From Chrysemys picta bellii (lineage: Eukaryota), in NCBI RefSeq assembly GCF_011386835.1, contig NC_088793.1, positions 71,548,001 to 71,612,000 of the forward strand: a stretch of 64,000 nucleotides of DNA. Direction: 5' to 3'. This document shows, piece after piece, positions 62,477 through 64,000 of this stretch. The stretch's first letter is position 1, and every line of letters starts with the position of its first letter. Position numbers and translations under genes: made by a program. A model generated the notes under the pieces. The model was given only the letters and a program-made list of their open reading frames with translations, was not told the origin of the DNA and did no database searches.

Positions 62477-64000
62477 CCCTAAAGCGTCTCATGCCCCCCC
62501 AGAATACATTCCGCGGTCGTCGTCCCCAGAGGGGGCCCTCCTCCACTTTGAGAACCTCTTATCTTGTTTATAGAAAAGGAAATCCTTTTGAAGAGAGATT
62601 AAAGCCAAAGTACCTTCTACAGATTTCTGGTGACTCTCAAGGTGGAAGTCAAAGATACCATGATGCCTTTCAAACACAGTATTCTTGGAAAACATTCCTT
62701 CTCAATAAATCAATTTATAGTCGCCAAGACTATGTGTGGACCAAAATTCAGTAGGATACAGGCTAACTATCAGTATTTAGCAAATGACTCTGTAAAGCTC
62801 TGAGCTACTGGTTATCTTATATATGAAAGGTGCTATACAAGGCTATGTTCACTTCTGTACGGTTACTGTGTTCAGAAGAAGAGATCTTGTTCTTTCAGCA
62901 GTAATTAATCTGCTAAGGAGTTAAAAGCACAAAGATTGTAATAATGATGCCAATGTTTGTTAAGTCTAGAGTCTGCAAGTCGTTCTGCGTGTGTAAATTC
63001 TACTGAGTTAAATGGGGGTCTGCCCATGCACACAACACCTTGACTTAAACAGGGACTTCACAAGAGCAGAGGGATACAGCTGTATGGAACAACAACTTGC
63101 AAGATATGTTAACTTGCTCATCAAGGCCCTGATCTCCATTGAACCTTTTTGGAAAACACATAGATTGCTCTTGAGAAAATCCACTCTGCCTCCACAGAAA
63201 AACCAAACTTATCCACAAATACTCTTAGATACTCCTTCTTAATCAATTACATACCAACTGCAAAGAATTTAAGGCAATTCTTCTATAGCCAACCTTTCAG
63301 TGTAATACTCAAGTGGGAAACATTTTTCTTCAAACTAAGTAAAACATAAATGGACAATTGAATTTACTTCATGTATAATCAATACCAAAGATGTAGAATG
63401 GGTCACAAATGCAGTACTGATGTTAATGTAACAGCCACTGGATTGTAGCATCACTTAAATTAGTTTAATAAATTTTAAAAAGGGTCTTTTATGCCTAAAC
63501 ACGATAATGTATGCGTAAGAAATTTGGATAATAATGATCAGCAGTTAGATACCACACTAATAGATGTATTATACGTGTATTAAATAGGATGGATGGAGGA
63601 GAAAACAGAGACCTACAAAAATAGACACATTAAATGGAAGCATTACAATATAGTTAAAAAAAATCTCCATTTGCCTGTGATAAATGAATTCAAATTTATC
63701 AACTGCCACCAAAGTTTGGATTAAATTTAGACTAACCTAAAATTCACTTTACAAAAAGCTGATCTGTTCCTCAGGTTTGGAATACCTAAACTCCCTGGCA
63801 GCTCAGGTTCACAGCCCTTCGTCTATCTATACGTTTACTGTGCCCATTATTGCACTATTTAGGCATTTCTCAGAGGGGGAACAGCACAGAATTTACTATA
63901 TAGATCAGAGAGGGCCAGCTCTCCTTGCCTGTTAGTGGTCTCACAGCCTCTCTCATAAGATTAGGGTTTTGCCTCAGTCTCTATGAGCAGAATCTTTCCT

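Noticed and set aside
52131-64000. MAP3K7 exon 1 or a CpG-island promoter
   Set aside because: No sequence encoding the expected ...NFEEIDYKEIEVEE was seen. The GC-rich patches at 54034-54472 and 62260-62476 are TE-derived.

Overview
This is vertebrate genomic DNA, most likely from a turtle: it carries a tortoise-type PolIII/SINE, CR1 LINEs with TTCTATGA tails and turtle-like hAT and Harbinger MITEs. The window holds most of MAP3K7 (TAK1) on the minus strand. Coding exons 2-17 (52130 down to the stop at 6346) were placed by reading GT-AG boundaries; they total 1758 nt, or 585 codons plus stop, with the frame intact. A probable 3' UTR of about 3 kb follows. Exon 1 and the promoter lie beyond position 64000. 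The introns are dense with transposon relics: two DIRS tyrosine-recombinase retroelements, two related unclassified (possibly Ngaro-type) fragments, several CR1 pieces, many hAT, Harbinger and Tigger MITEs with readable TIRs and TSDs, a fold-back hAT element with nested insertions, a probable solo LTR and ancient SINEs. Apart from MAP3K7 exon fragments and decayed TE proteins, the ORF track looks like noise. I found no convincing novel protein-coding system. The most testable leads concern splicing: the exon 12 regulatory cluster, a TE-supplied cryptic acceptor before exon 11, a NAGNAG at exon 13 and the exon-16-skip tail, plus a sense-oriented DIRS in intron 13. All comparisons to human TAK1 and to repeat consensus sequences are from memory, not from a database search.
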